64,000 nt of DNA from an uncultured virus (IMG/VR IMGVR_UViG_3300036715_002711) (IMGVR_UViG_3300036715_002711); one strand, 5' to 3'. Shown: positions 1 through 6,839, numbered from the stretch's first letter. Program-made: numbers and translations. Notes: generated by a model not told the origin, from the letters alone.

Positions 1-71
1 GAGAGAGAGGATTTGAACCTCTGACCTCTAGGTTATGAGCCTAGCGCTCTACCAGGCTGAGCTACTCCGCG
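1..71 (-). tRNA. tRNA with CAT anticodon (Met/fMet or Ile2), 3' end cut by window edge
   Basis: Reverse complement CGCGGAGTAGCTCAGCCTGGTAGAGCG CTAGG-CTCATAA-CCTAG AGGTC AGAGG-TTCAAAT-CCTCT. Confidence 0.85.
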
Positions 72-72
72 G

Positions 73-119
73 CAGATATGGACGGAATCGAACCGTCATG
101 ATAGCCCATGCTACATATC
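73..119 (-). ncRNA. mini tRNA-like element lacking an anticodon arm
   Basis: GATATG/CATATC acceptor-like stem, TAGC-ATGG-GCTA hairpin, canonical T arm GACGG-TTCGATT-CCGTC. Confidence 0.5.
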
Positions 120-124
120 AACTA

Positions 125-227
125 GAACGTGATCGGGCTTGATTCCGACTGCCCGTGTACTTTGGGCTTGTACGAGTGGGCTGGCCCACAAGATTTACAA
201 CCGTCCTTCCATCAGGACTGCACGTTC
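125..227 (-). ncRNA. aberrant tRNA-like RNA
   Basis: GAACGTG/CACGTTC closing stem, GTCCT/AGGAC D-like arm, non-canonical centre (TTGTA..TACAA enclosing GTGGG-CCAG-CCCAC), degenerate T arm. Confidence 0.45.
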
Positions 228-228
228 A

Positions 229-303
229 GGAGTCGGAACTGGGAATCGAACCCGAGGTCTACGGATTTGCAATCCGTCGCAAGAACCACTCTGCTATTCC
301 GAC
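229..303 (-). tRNA. tRNA-Cys(GCA)
   Basis: Cloverleaf; ACGGA-TTGCAAA-TCCGT anticodon arm; GGTTCGATTCC. Confidence 0.92.
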
Positions 304-457
304 ATAAGCCGGGCTTACACCGACATCATCGATTCAACGACTCTGACTAGTAGTTCCGCCGCTACCCTGCAACTGTAGGCGGGCCCTATGCCATGAGAAG
401 CCTTGCGGCTCCAGCTATCGGGGAGGACTGCAGGTCCAACGTCCGACAACTAACTTC

Positions 458-581
458 GGGGACAACTGTAGGAATCGAACCCACGTCACGTGTTGCTACA
501 CGTCGATGCGTTTATGCTAGCAGCTAGTCGCGCTTCGCTGTAAGCCTACTACATCTATCTCTACCACTGAGATAAGTCGTC
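458..581 (-). ncRNA. tRNA-like RNA with a 41-nt anticodon-loop expansion and long variable arm
   Basis: Acceptor GACGACT/AGTTGTC, D arm TCTC-AGTGGTA-GAGA, stem GATGT/GCATC around 41 nt, variable arm ACGTGT-AGCA-ACACGT, T arm GTGGG-TTCGATT-CCTAC. Confidence 0.7.
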
Positions 582-601
582 ATTGGCGGAGGCTGATCAA
601 G

Positions 602-689
602 TGGCGGAAGCGGTGAGATTCGAACTCACGGAGGATTTCTCCTCGCCGAATTTCAAGTCCGGTGCCTTAGGCCACTCGACCACGCTTCC
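602..689 (-). tRNA. tRNA-Ser(TGA)
   Basis: Class II cloverleaf, loop CTTGAAA, encoded CCA. Confidence 0.93.
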
Positions 690-804
690 TATTTCTCGAC
701 TTATACGTCAGCAACTGTGAATCACAATTACTGCATACAAATCGAAGATTGACTAAACGATTGTCATCATTCTCACCATTGATGTGATCAAGGATAAGTG
801 GCAT
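667..804 (-). pseudogene. HNH endonuclease C-terminal remnant running into tRNA-Ser
   Basis: Translates MPLILDHINGENDDNRLVNLRFVCSNCDSQLLTYKSRNRKRGRVA* (DHING..N..NL..C.NC HNH motif); below the ORF-track cutoff. Confidence 0.75.
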
Positions 805-929
805 CGGTTGCTCCAACCTCACGGTTGGCGATGGTATGTAGAGTTCCCACCCTTTTCACAGCTCGCGCTGGTAGTGCTTTCGGCCTAGCTGGGCGAACCA
901 TACTAGACACAGGACTGAAGCGCCCTAAA

Positions 930-1003
930 GGTGCGCACGGAAGGACTTGAACCTCCGACTTCCACCCGACAAGGATGGTACTCTTTCTCTGAGCTACGCG
1001 CGC
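930..1003 (-). tRNA. tRNA, probably Thr(TGT), atypical (C at position 37, short D loop without GG)
   Basis: GCGCGCG/CGTGCGC acceptor, CCATC-CTTGTCG-GGTGG anticodon arm, GGTTCAAGTCC. Confidence 0.6.
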
Positions 1004-1007
1004 ATGT

Positions 1008-1082
1008 TGGTGCCTGCGGAAGGAATCGAACCTCCGACGGCCCGCGTAAAAGGCGGGAACTCTACCACTGAGTTACACAGGA
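1008..1082 (-). tRNA. tRNA-Lys(TTT)
   Basis: CCCGC-CTTTTAC-GCGGG anticodon arm, encoded CCA; 1:72 mismatch. Confidence 0.85.
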
Positions 1083-1083
1083 C

Positions 1084-1183
1084 GGTGATTGCTGTAGGAT
1101 TCGAACCTACGTTGCACTGGCGATTCCTGCCATCCGCTTACGCGGGCAGGCCCTTGAGTTCTAAGCCGCTGAACTAAACAATC
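1084..1183 (-). ncRNA. tRNA-like RNA with anticodon arm replaced by a GNRA-capped extended stem
   Basis: Acceptor GATTGTT/AGCAATC-ACC, D arm GTTC..GAAC, T arm GTAGG-TTCGAAT-CCTAC; centre CCTGCC-CGC-GTAA-GCG-GAT-GGCAGG. Confidence 0.7.
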
Positions 1184-1256
1184 GGAGCGGGTAGAGGGAA
1201 TCGAACCCTCGTATTCTGCTTGGAAGGCAGCTGCTCTACCATTGAGCTACACCCGC
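1184..1256 (-). tRNA. tRNA-Gly(TCC)
   Basis: GCGGGTG acceptor, loop CTTCCAA. Confidence 0.95.
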
Positions 1257-1402
1257 AAAAATGATCTCGCTCAGGCTAAGCGGATCAAGATGACTTCCAC
1301 CGGCTGATTGCTAAGCAACCATTTCCGTCATCTTTACAGGCAGGTCGGGCCTATCAGCCGAACTAGACGATGCAGGTAACGACTGCATCGTCTCGTATTA
1401 GG

Positions 1403-1491
1403 GTTATGAACGAATGCCTACTTACGACTAAGGCGGGAGTTACCCGTTTGAATTTCCCTCGGCCTCCGGGCATCGAACCCGGCGTCATAAC
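1403..1491 (-). ncRNA. circularly permuted tRNA-like RNA (YrlA/Y-RNA-like topology candidate)
   Basis: GTTATGA...TCATAAC closing stem; order is T arm (CCGGG-TTCGATG-CCCGG), closed acceptor-like stem (AGGC..GGGA/TCCC-GCCT), D-like TAGTC..GGC. Confidence 0.5.
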
Positions 1492-1492
1492 T

Positions 1493-1568
1493 TGGTGGAG
1501 GATGGGAGGATCGAACTCCCGACCTACTGCTTGCAAAGCAGCCGCTCTCCCAGCTGAGCTAATCCCCC
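1493..1568 (-). tRNA. tRNA-Ala(TGC)
   Basis: GGGGGAT acceptor with G3-U70, loop TTTGCAA, CCA. Confidence 0.96.
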
Positions 1569-1748
1569 ATGATACGTATTGGTGAGCACGTACAAGCTCG
1601 CCGCAGCAGCGCCTGGTCCTTGTCCAGGTTAGCCTTCCATTGAATCGGATCAGTTACCTACTAGCTTCCAACTGCGGCCAGTGACTTGGAAGACCCTCAC
1701 TGGCTGGCGCCAGACCTCACAATCTGACAGGCGGTAAAGTGACCCGAA

Positions 1749-1823
1749 GGAGCGGGAAAGGAGACTCGAACTCCCGACCTTCTGCATGGCAAGCAGACGC
1801 TCTACCAACTGAGCTATTCCCGC
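1749..1823 (-). tRNA. tRNA-Gly(GCC)
   Basis: GCGGGAATAGCTCAGTTGGTAGAGCG, loop TTGCCAT. Confidence 0.96.
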
Positions 1824-1929
1824 AATGAACGCAACCTGACCGGCGAACCTGCTTTACAAGCCAGGAACCTTAGTATCGAGTTGCGTCGGGCGCCGAGGAT
1901 GGTGCCTCGGCGCAAAATGCAATGTAAGT

Positions 1930-1940
1930 TGTTAAAGAGC
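1930..1940 (-). promoter_or_regulatory. boxA-like antitermination element
   Basis: GCTCTTTAACA on the minus strand, between promoter and first tRNA; matches the rrn boxA consensus. Confidence 0.65.
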
Positions 1941-2003
1941 TAGCTGAGGATGGCCGCTATGCCCTGATCAGCTTGTCGATGCCGTTGCAGCGACGATAGA
2001 ATG

Positions 2004-2031
2004 ATTGTACACTAAATTTTGACCTTGTAAA
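2004..2031 (-). promoter_or_regulatory. sigma70-like promoter of the tRNA array
   Basis: TTTACA-N16-TACAAT; same motif family recurs across the window. Confidence 0.7.
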
Positions 2032-2050
2032 CCAGTCCTAGAAAGAATTT

Positions 2051-2155
2051 TGGGACCTTTCGGTCCCATGTCAGCTTTCGGTGACTAGGGACCTAGACGG
2101 TCGAACCTCCCGCTGTGGCGGCGGTGCAAGCTGTGACTGGTGTTACGAATGTCAT
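2051..2155 (-). promoter_or_regulatory. attenuator-like leader: Thr-rich 20-aa peptide plus alternative hairpins
   Basis: ORF 2093-2155 MTFVTPVTACTAATAGGSTV*, then GGTCCC ... GGGACC-GAAA-GGTCCC. Confidence 0.5.
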
Positions 2156-2199
2156 GGTAGATCTATATATGGTGGTTGAACAGAATCTGAGGGACGAGC

Positions 2200-2742
2200 T
2201 CACTTGAGAAAGATGAGCATGGTTTCACCGGTTGCTGCAGATGAGTACTCGCCTTCACTGTTGAGGAACAGCGTCCAACCCTTTGACTCATAGTGCTTGA
2301 TCATCGCACGCTCAGCGCCTGGGTCAACACCGAGAGCTTCATAGACCTTGCCTTCAAGCAAGTGCGTGACAAAGTCGGTTGTCTGTTTCTCGTCAAGCCA
2401 GTCGAAATTATCACTGGAGCCATCATCTCCCGTCGTGATGTGCTCGAGGAAGAGTAGCGCGGCCGAATTTACCACGTCTTGCAAAGCATTTGGCTTGCTG
2501 CCGTCAATTTTGTCATTGACAGGACGCTGAGTGTTGCCCACGGTGAACCTGGGCTCAGTTATGGCTGCAAGGCCAGGCTTAGGCTCGTAGTAGCTAATCA
2601 ACCCCTTAAAGGAACGGTCCTTGTATGCGGCTGTGAGCGTCAGATGATCTTGGTCAACGAGCTTGACCGTGAAGCCAACTTCAACCAACAGTTGTTGAAG
2701 CTTAAGCCACTCATAACGACTGAGGAGTTCAAGGAGCTTCAT
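2200..2742 (-). CDS. hypothetical protein, paralog of 2739-3224
   Basis: 180 aa; N-terminus SRYEWLKLQQLLVEVGF. Confidence 0.8.
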   Translation of the reverse strand: MKLLELLSRYEWLKLQQLLVEVGFTVKLVDQDHLTLTAAYKDRSFKGLISYYEPKPGLAAITEPRFTVGNTQRPVNDKIDGSKPNALQDVVNSAALLFLEHITTGDDGSSDNFDWLDEKQTTDFVTHLLEGKVYEALGVDPGAERAMIKHYESKGWTLFLNSEGEYSSAATGETMLIFLK

Positions 2743-3224
2743 TTGACAAAGATCGCTTCAGGGTCATAGTCATGGGCGCCGCCACAGTCATCAAAGCGCT
2801 CCCAGCCTGGCCCAGGCGCCGGGATCGGCTCCTCTGGATCATCGGTCGTGTCGTCGAAGGAGACGAAGCGGACCTCTTTGCCATGCAGCAACGCGCTGAG
2901 CAGCGCGCTGCGCTTCTCACCGGACAGCCAGCGGTAAGCGTGCCCCTCTTCTTGCTGACAGAGGTCATCTAAGCAAACCTCAAGCAGCGAGTCAATGATG
3001 AGCTTTGTGCTGAGCACGCCGCTCAAGGACGTGTCGCCGAAGCTCGAGCTGTACCGCGTGCCTTCTCGCTTGACCGTGCCTTCGATCTTCAAGCTGTTCT
3101 TCTTGAAGTCAGCGGTGACTTTCAGCCCATCGCTGGTGAGCTTGGTGTCAAAGCCAAGCTCAACAAGCTCTTGCTGGAGCTTAAGCCACTCCTTCCGGCT
3201 GACGATTTCCCTGAGTAGTTCCAT
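2739..3224 (-). CDS. hypothetical protein, paralog of 2200-2742
   Basis: 161 aa; SRKEWLKLQQELVELGF; TAAATA just upstream; ATGA overlap. Confidence 0.8.
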   Translation of the reverse strand: MELLREIVSRKEWLKLQQELVELGFDTKLTSDGLKVTADFKKNSLKIEGTVKREGTRYSSSFGDTSLSGVLSTKLIIDSLLEVCLDDLCQQEEGHAYRWLSGEKRSALLSALLHGKEVRFVSFDDTTDDPEEPIPAPGPGWERFDDCGGAHDYDPEAIFVK

Positions 3225-3702
3225 GAAGCTTATTTAGTTTGATCAGCTGCTTACGCTTGATCTTGAAACTATCAGCCTCAAAGCCGCCGAAGAGGACAGA
3301 AGCGTTGGCGTGCAGCTCTGCCCAGGCCGTCAGCAGCAGGGTCGGAAAGTCAAAGTCGGCTACGAGGTCATTGGCCGCGGCAGGCTTTGTCGTGTGGCAG
3401 AGCATGTCCTTGGCGATGAGCCGTGCGGTCAAGGTGTCCTCCGGGCACGCTTCAGCAAAGAGCCGAGCCGATGCTTCAACGTGCCCTGGGAACCTACTGA
3501 CGCCGTCAATGACCTGCAAGGTGCTTGGCTTCCCACAGTCGTGGAACACGTGGTAGAGCCGAGCCTTGGCAGGAGACAGCGCCTCCCGTTGCAGCCGTCG
3601 AAGCGGTTCGAGCGCCTTATCGGGGATGTGCCACTCATACGCCGTGTGGACGCCGTTAAAATAGTCCCAGAGGCCACGGTATCGGTTGGCCACGGCGAGG
3701 CC
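3181..3702 (-). pseudogene. HD-domain phosphohydrolase, 5'-truncated
   Basis: YHVFHDCGKP...RFPGHVEAS...DMLCH motifs; no clear RBS/ATG start; abuts the inserted NUMOD3 fragment. Confidence 0.65.
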
Positions 3703-3980
3703 ATTAGAAAGCTCTTAGAGTCGGGCGAGGTCCAAAAGAAAATTTCAGCAGCGCTAACTGGCAAACCTGGGCATAGGACTCAACGCAATCTTGGTCAGAA
3801 GAACAGCGGCGAGCAAAGTCTGAAGCTATGCTCGGCGTTCCACAAGGACCGAGATCAGATGAGACAAAACGAAGAATTGGAGACGCAAGTCGCGGAAAGA
3901 AAATTTCCGACGAACAAAAGCTTAAGCTTTCAGAAGCGTCAAAGGCCGCTTGGGCTAAGAGAAGGTCTGACTCAGAATAG
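3703..3980 (+). mobile_element. homing endonuclease remnant (NUMOD3-type DNA-binding repeats), frameshifted
   Basis: KKISAALTGKPG then, in a shifted frame, SEEQRRAKSEAMLG..RSDETKRRIGDASRGKKISDEQKLKLSEASKAAWAKRR*; antisense to neighbours. Confidence 0.65.
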
Positions 3981-4057
3981 TCAGCCTGTTGCGCGAGTGG
4001 GAGATCGCGGCGAGAGATGGTGTAGAGGTACGTGTGGGCGATCTATTGCTTGGTCAT
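3981..4057 (-). pseudogene. N-terminus of a peptidyl-tRNA hydrolase 2-like gene with TAG at codon 5
   Basis: AAGGAG RBS, MTKQ*IAHTYLYTISRRDLPLAQQA, resembling the Pth2-like 'YxxxRxDLxxxQQAxQxxHA' start; interrupted at 3980. Confidence 0.5.
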
Positions 4058-4098
4058 GATGCTCTCCTTGAGCGGTGGTTGAAAGGATTGAAGGTTTG

Positions 4099-4127
4099 AT
4101 TGTACACACCGAGGCGGCTATTGTAAA
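4099..4127 (-). promoter_or_regulatory. sigma70-like promoter
   Basis: TTTACA-N17-TACAAT. Confidence 0.65.
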
Positions 4128-4481
4128 CCGGCTCGATGCAACTATTTACCGGTTTAAGCTGTTCAGCTCTTGACCTAGGACAAAGGCTTCACAGCTCAGC
4201 TGGAGCTCCCCGAGGTCGTGATGAACTCTGGGCCCGCCAGCAAGTAGACGACGGCGATGAGAACGATGACGAGGATGTCCATGATGTGTGCTCCGTTTAG
4301 TCCATTGAGAGGCCGGGTGAACTGAAATGGCTCGGGGTCGCCGGCTCACCCTCACGCCAGAGGTAGTTTGTCATCAGCCGCTGCACTTGACCCTCAGTGT
4401 TGCTGGCTTCGATGCATGCGGCGTGCAAAATGCTCTTCAACCTGCCGAAGCAGGCGCTGCGCTTGAGTGCGGTCATCCATG

Positions 4482-4745
4482 TCAGTCTCGTTCAGCGGCT
4501 GTCGACGACAGCTTGCCATTCTTGGCCTTCTGGTCGTTCAGCTTGTCCAGCACAGTCTTGCCCTTGTCGGCAGTCGCCTTGACCATCTCGACGATGCGCT
4601 TGGCGATCTCCGGGTTGGACCGATACGTCCAACGCTTTTCGTGCTTCGGCGTCGTCTTCGACGGGCCCTTGTCGCCGTTCTTGTGCATGCGCGAGATTTC
4701 GTGGGCCTTGGCGAGCTTGCGGGCGTTCTTCGATTGTGCTGTCAT
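4482..4745 (-). CDS. small basic hypothetical protein
   Basis: 87 aa, Lys-rich, phage-like codon usage. Confidence 0.7.
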   Translation of the reverse strand: MTAQSKNARKLAKAHEISRMHKNGDKGPSKTTPKHEKRWTYRSNPEIAKRIVEMVKATADKGKTVLDKLNDQKAKNGKLSSTAAERD

Positions 4746-4770
4746 GTTGTCTCGTCTACGTGTGGGGTTG

Positions 4771-4845
4771 GGTCCGTCTAATCAGAATCGAACTGATGAC
4801 CTGTTCATTAGGAGTGAGCCGCTCTGTCCACTGAGCTATAGACGG
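4771..4845 (-). tRNA. tRNA-Arg(CCT)
   Basis: CCGTCTA/TAGACGG acceptor, loop CTCCTAA; own promoter TTTACT-N17-TATAAT at 4858-4886. Confidence 0.88.
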
Positions 4846-4905
4846 TTGGAAGAAAGCATTATATCAATTGATTCTCAGATAGTAAATACTTTTTATCTTA
4901 GAGGA

Positions 4906-5409
4906 TCAAATGAAGACTTGCCCAAAGTGCAGCAATGTGCACATATTGGGCTTGGTCAAGTCGCGTTCGTAGCCAACTTTGACCGCGTCGACCAGAGTGG
5001 ACAGCTTCAGCTCGAAGTCCGCACCGTAGATGGGCGTCAGGTTGTTGTTATTGCGCCGTGAGCCGATGGCCAGCGCGCGGATCACGGAACGCTTGGCTTC
5101 AGCCGTCCATGTTTCGTTCTCGTCGTATGCGGCACGGATGTCACGCACGAACAAAATCCAGTAGAAGAACGCTGTGACCAAGCCGGCGGCCGGCCAAAAC
5201 GCGGCCCACTTGTCGAAGACCTTGGCGAAGCCGGTCCAGTCGGGAGCGTCACGCAGCTCGTGAATCACCGCCTTCAGCGGCTCGCCGAAAGCAAAAGCCA
5301 AGAGCAGCAAGCAGCCGATGAGCCATGCAAAAGACGCCGACTTACGGTGGTGTAGCGCCTGCTTCGGTAGGCCGTGATCGAACCAGCAGAGCAGCGACAA
5401 GACGATCAA
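4906..5409 (-). CDS. membrane protein, start uncertain or possibly truncated
   Basis: Several hydrophobic segments; TTG start. Confidence 0.5.
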   Translation of the reverse strand: MIVLSLLCWFDHGLPKQALHHRKSASFAWLIGCLLLLAFAFGEPLKAVIHELRDAPDWTGFAKVFDKWAAFWPAAGLVTAFFYWILFVRDIRAAYDENETWTAEAKRSVIRALAIGSRRNNNNLTPIYGADFELKLSTLVDAVKVGYERDLTKPNMCTLLHFGQVFI

Positions 5410-5460
5410 CGCCCAGCCGATGGCCGAGAGTTCGAGGAAGAGGAAAAACGCGGCGGGCCT

Positions 5461-6393
5461 TTACTTGACAGCCTTGATGGCGCGGAGGGCGACCGGGTGA
5501 GTGGGCCAGCCCACACGTTCCAGGTCGGTGAGGTCGACATCGCGCCACTTGGGGTGGGCGGTGCCGTTGGCGCCGCTGCGGCCGGCTTGGAGCTCCGGCA
5601 GCTTGCGGGCGATGCAGGTCACCAGCTGGCTGATCTCAGCCTGGTACTGGTTCTTGTAGTTGTACGTGACCAGGCCGTTCACGATCTTGTAGGTCGTGAC
5701 GGAGCTGCCGCCCAGGTTGGGATAGAGGCTAGCCGGGAGGGACGCACGTGTGAAGAACTTGAAGCTGTCCAGAGCCGGGTGGCTGACCGAGACCAGGCGG
5801 ACGCCGGCGGCCTTCTGCAGCATGCCAATGGGAGCGCCGGCGGTGACGAACATCGCATCGACGCGGCCTTGCTGCACCAGCGCGAGGCCAGGAGCTTGAC
5901 CTTCGAAGGAGGCGTTCCACTGCAGGCCGGTCAGGCCCTTGATGACCTGCGTCGAGACCCACGTGCCTGAGCCGTCAGGTCCTTCGATGACGCGGCGACC
6001 TTGCAGGTCAGCGAGCGAGCGCACGGGCGAGTTGGCCGGCACGATCAGGTGAATGTCGGTCGAGAAGAACGGGAAGACCATGACGATGTTGGCCATCATC
6101 TTGGGGTCAACGCCTTTCTGGTAGAACAGCGTGGCTGTATCTGCGATGCCGTACTGCGTTTGGGCGTCACCGTAGACCGAGGCGATGTTGTCCATCGCGC
6201 CGTTGGTAACGACGTTGTTAATGGGCGAAGCCGGCGTCGAGCATGCAGCGCGGATGTCTTCGACCATGGGCCAGTTGGTGCCGGTCTGCTGGCCCGAAGC
6301 GATGCCAACGGAGGCGGCGTGAGCGTAGGAGCTGGCTGCAGCGGCGCATGCAAAGAGCACGGCTCGGGCGATGGAATGGGAGGTCTTCATCAC
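5461..6393 (-). CDS. TAXI-family (TRAP) periplasmic solute receptor
   Basis: Signal peptide; IASGQQTGTN, TNGAMDN, HLIVPANSPVRSLADLQGRRV..GPDGSGT, GRVDAMF. Confidence 0.85.
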   Translation of the reverse strand: MMKTSHSIARAVLFACAAAASSYAHAASVGIASGQQTGTNWPMVEDIRAACSTPASPINNVVTNGAMDNIASVYGDAQTQYGIADTATLFYQKGVDPKMMANIVMVFPFFSTDIHLIVPANSPVRSLADLQGRRVIEGPDGSGTWVSTQVIKGLTGLQWNASFEGQAPGLALVQQGRVDAMFVTAGAPIGMLQKAAGVRLVSVSHPALDSFKFFTRASLPASLYPNLGGSSVTTYKIVNGLVTYNYKNQYQAEISQLVTCIARKLPELQAGRSGANGTAHPKWRDVDLTDLERVGWPTHPVALRAIKAVK

Positions 6394-6663
6394 TTGGTCT
6401 CCTTCAGGAGGTCAGCCATCGCCTTGTCTTGGCGGTTGGCCGGGCGGGGGGCCGGGGCCGCCGGTGCAGGAGCCTGCTCGGGCTGCGCCTGCACGACTGG
6501 CGATTGTGTGGGCTGGACAGCTTGGTCATAGGCCGGCGCTGCCACAACGGGCTGCTCAGCGACCTTGGCCTTGCGACCGTCCAGGTAGATGTTCAGGCCA
6601 TAGGCGATCCCGGCCAGAACGAGCACCGCGAGCACGATTCGCGGACCAGTCTTCAGTCTCATG
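6390..6663 (-). CDS. small membrane-anchored Pro/Ala/Gln-rich protein
   Basis: MRLKTGPRIVLAVLVLAGIAYG resembles the N-anchor of the SBP at 8601; promoter TTTACA-N17-TAGAAT at 6708-6736. Confidence 0.7.
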
Positions 6664-6839
6664 GTTCTTCCTTTCCAGGGAAGCACCGTCGGATTGACGG
6701 TAATGTGATTCTAATACATGAAGCTCAAGTTGTAAACAACTTTTGCCTCATCAAACCTAAAAAGAGGTGGCGGCCAAGCCCACGAACCCGTGGAAAGGAA
6801 GGAAGGCCAAGTCCGTCAACAAGGCCGCCACGAAAACTT

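Noticed and set aside
304..320. CCCGGCTTAT resembles the RNase P RNA 3' end
   Set aside because: The 5' GAGGAAAGTCC half of P4 was not found and the spacer is too short
583..600. TGGCGGAG as another tRNA 3' end
   Set aside because: No T arm follows; only a short echo of the tRNA-Ser end
1403..1491. Permuted (two-piece) tmRNA
   Set aside because: No G3-U70 alanine acceptor or CCA after the T arm and no recognisable tag ORF
129..1585. Plus-strand short ORFs in the ORF track
   Set aside because: Antisense to tRNAs and structured RNAs; no coding signal
4043..4045. Genome-wide TAG recoding suggested by the in-frame TAG
   Set aside because: Intact genes end in TAG (e.g. 10469, 25948, 37408), long genes have no internal TAG, and no CUA suppressor tRNA was seen
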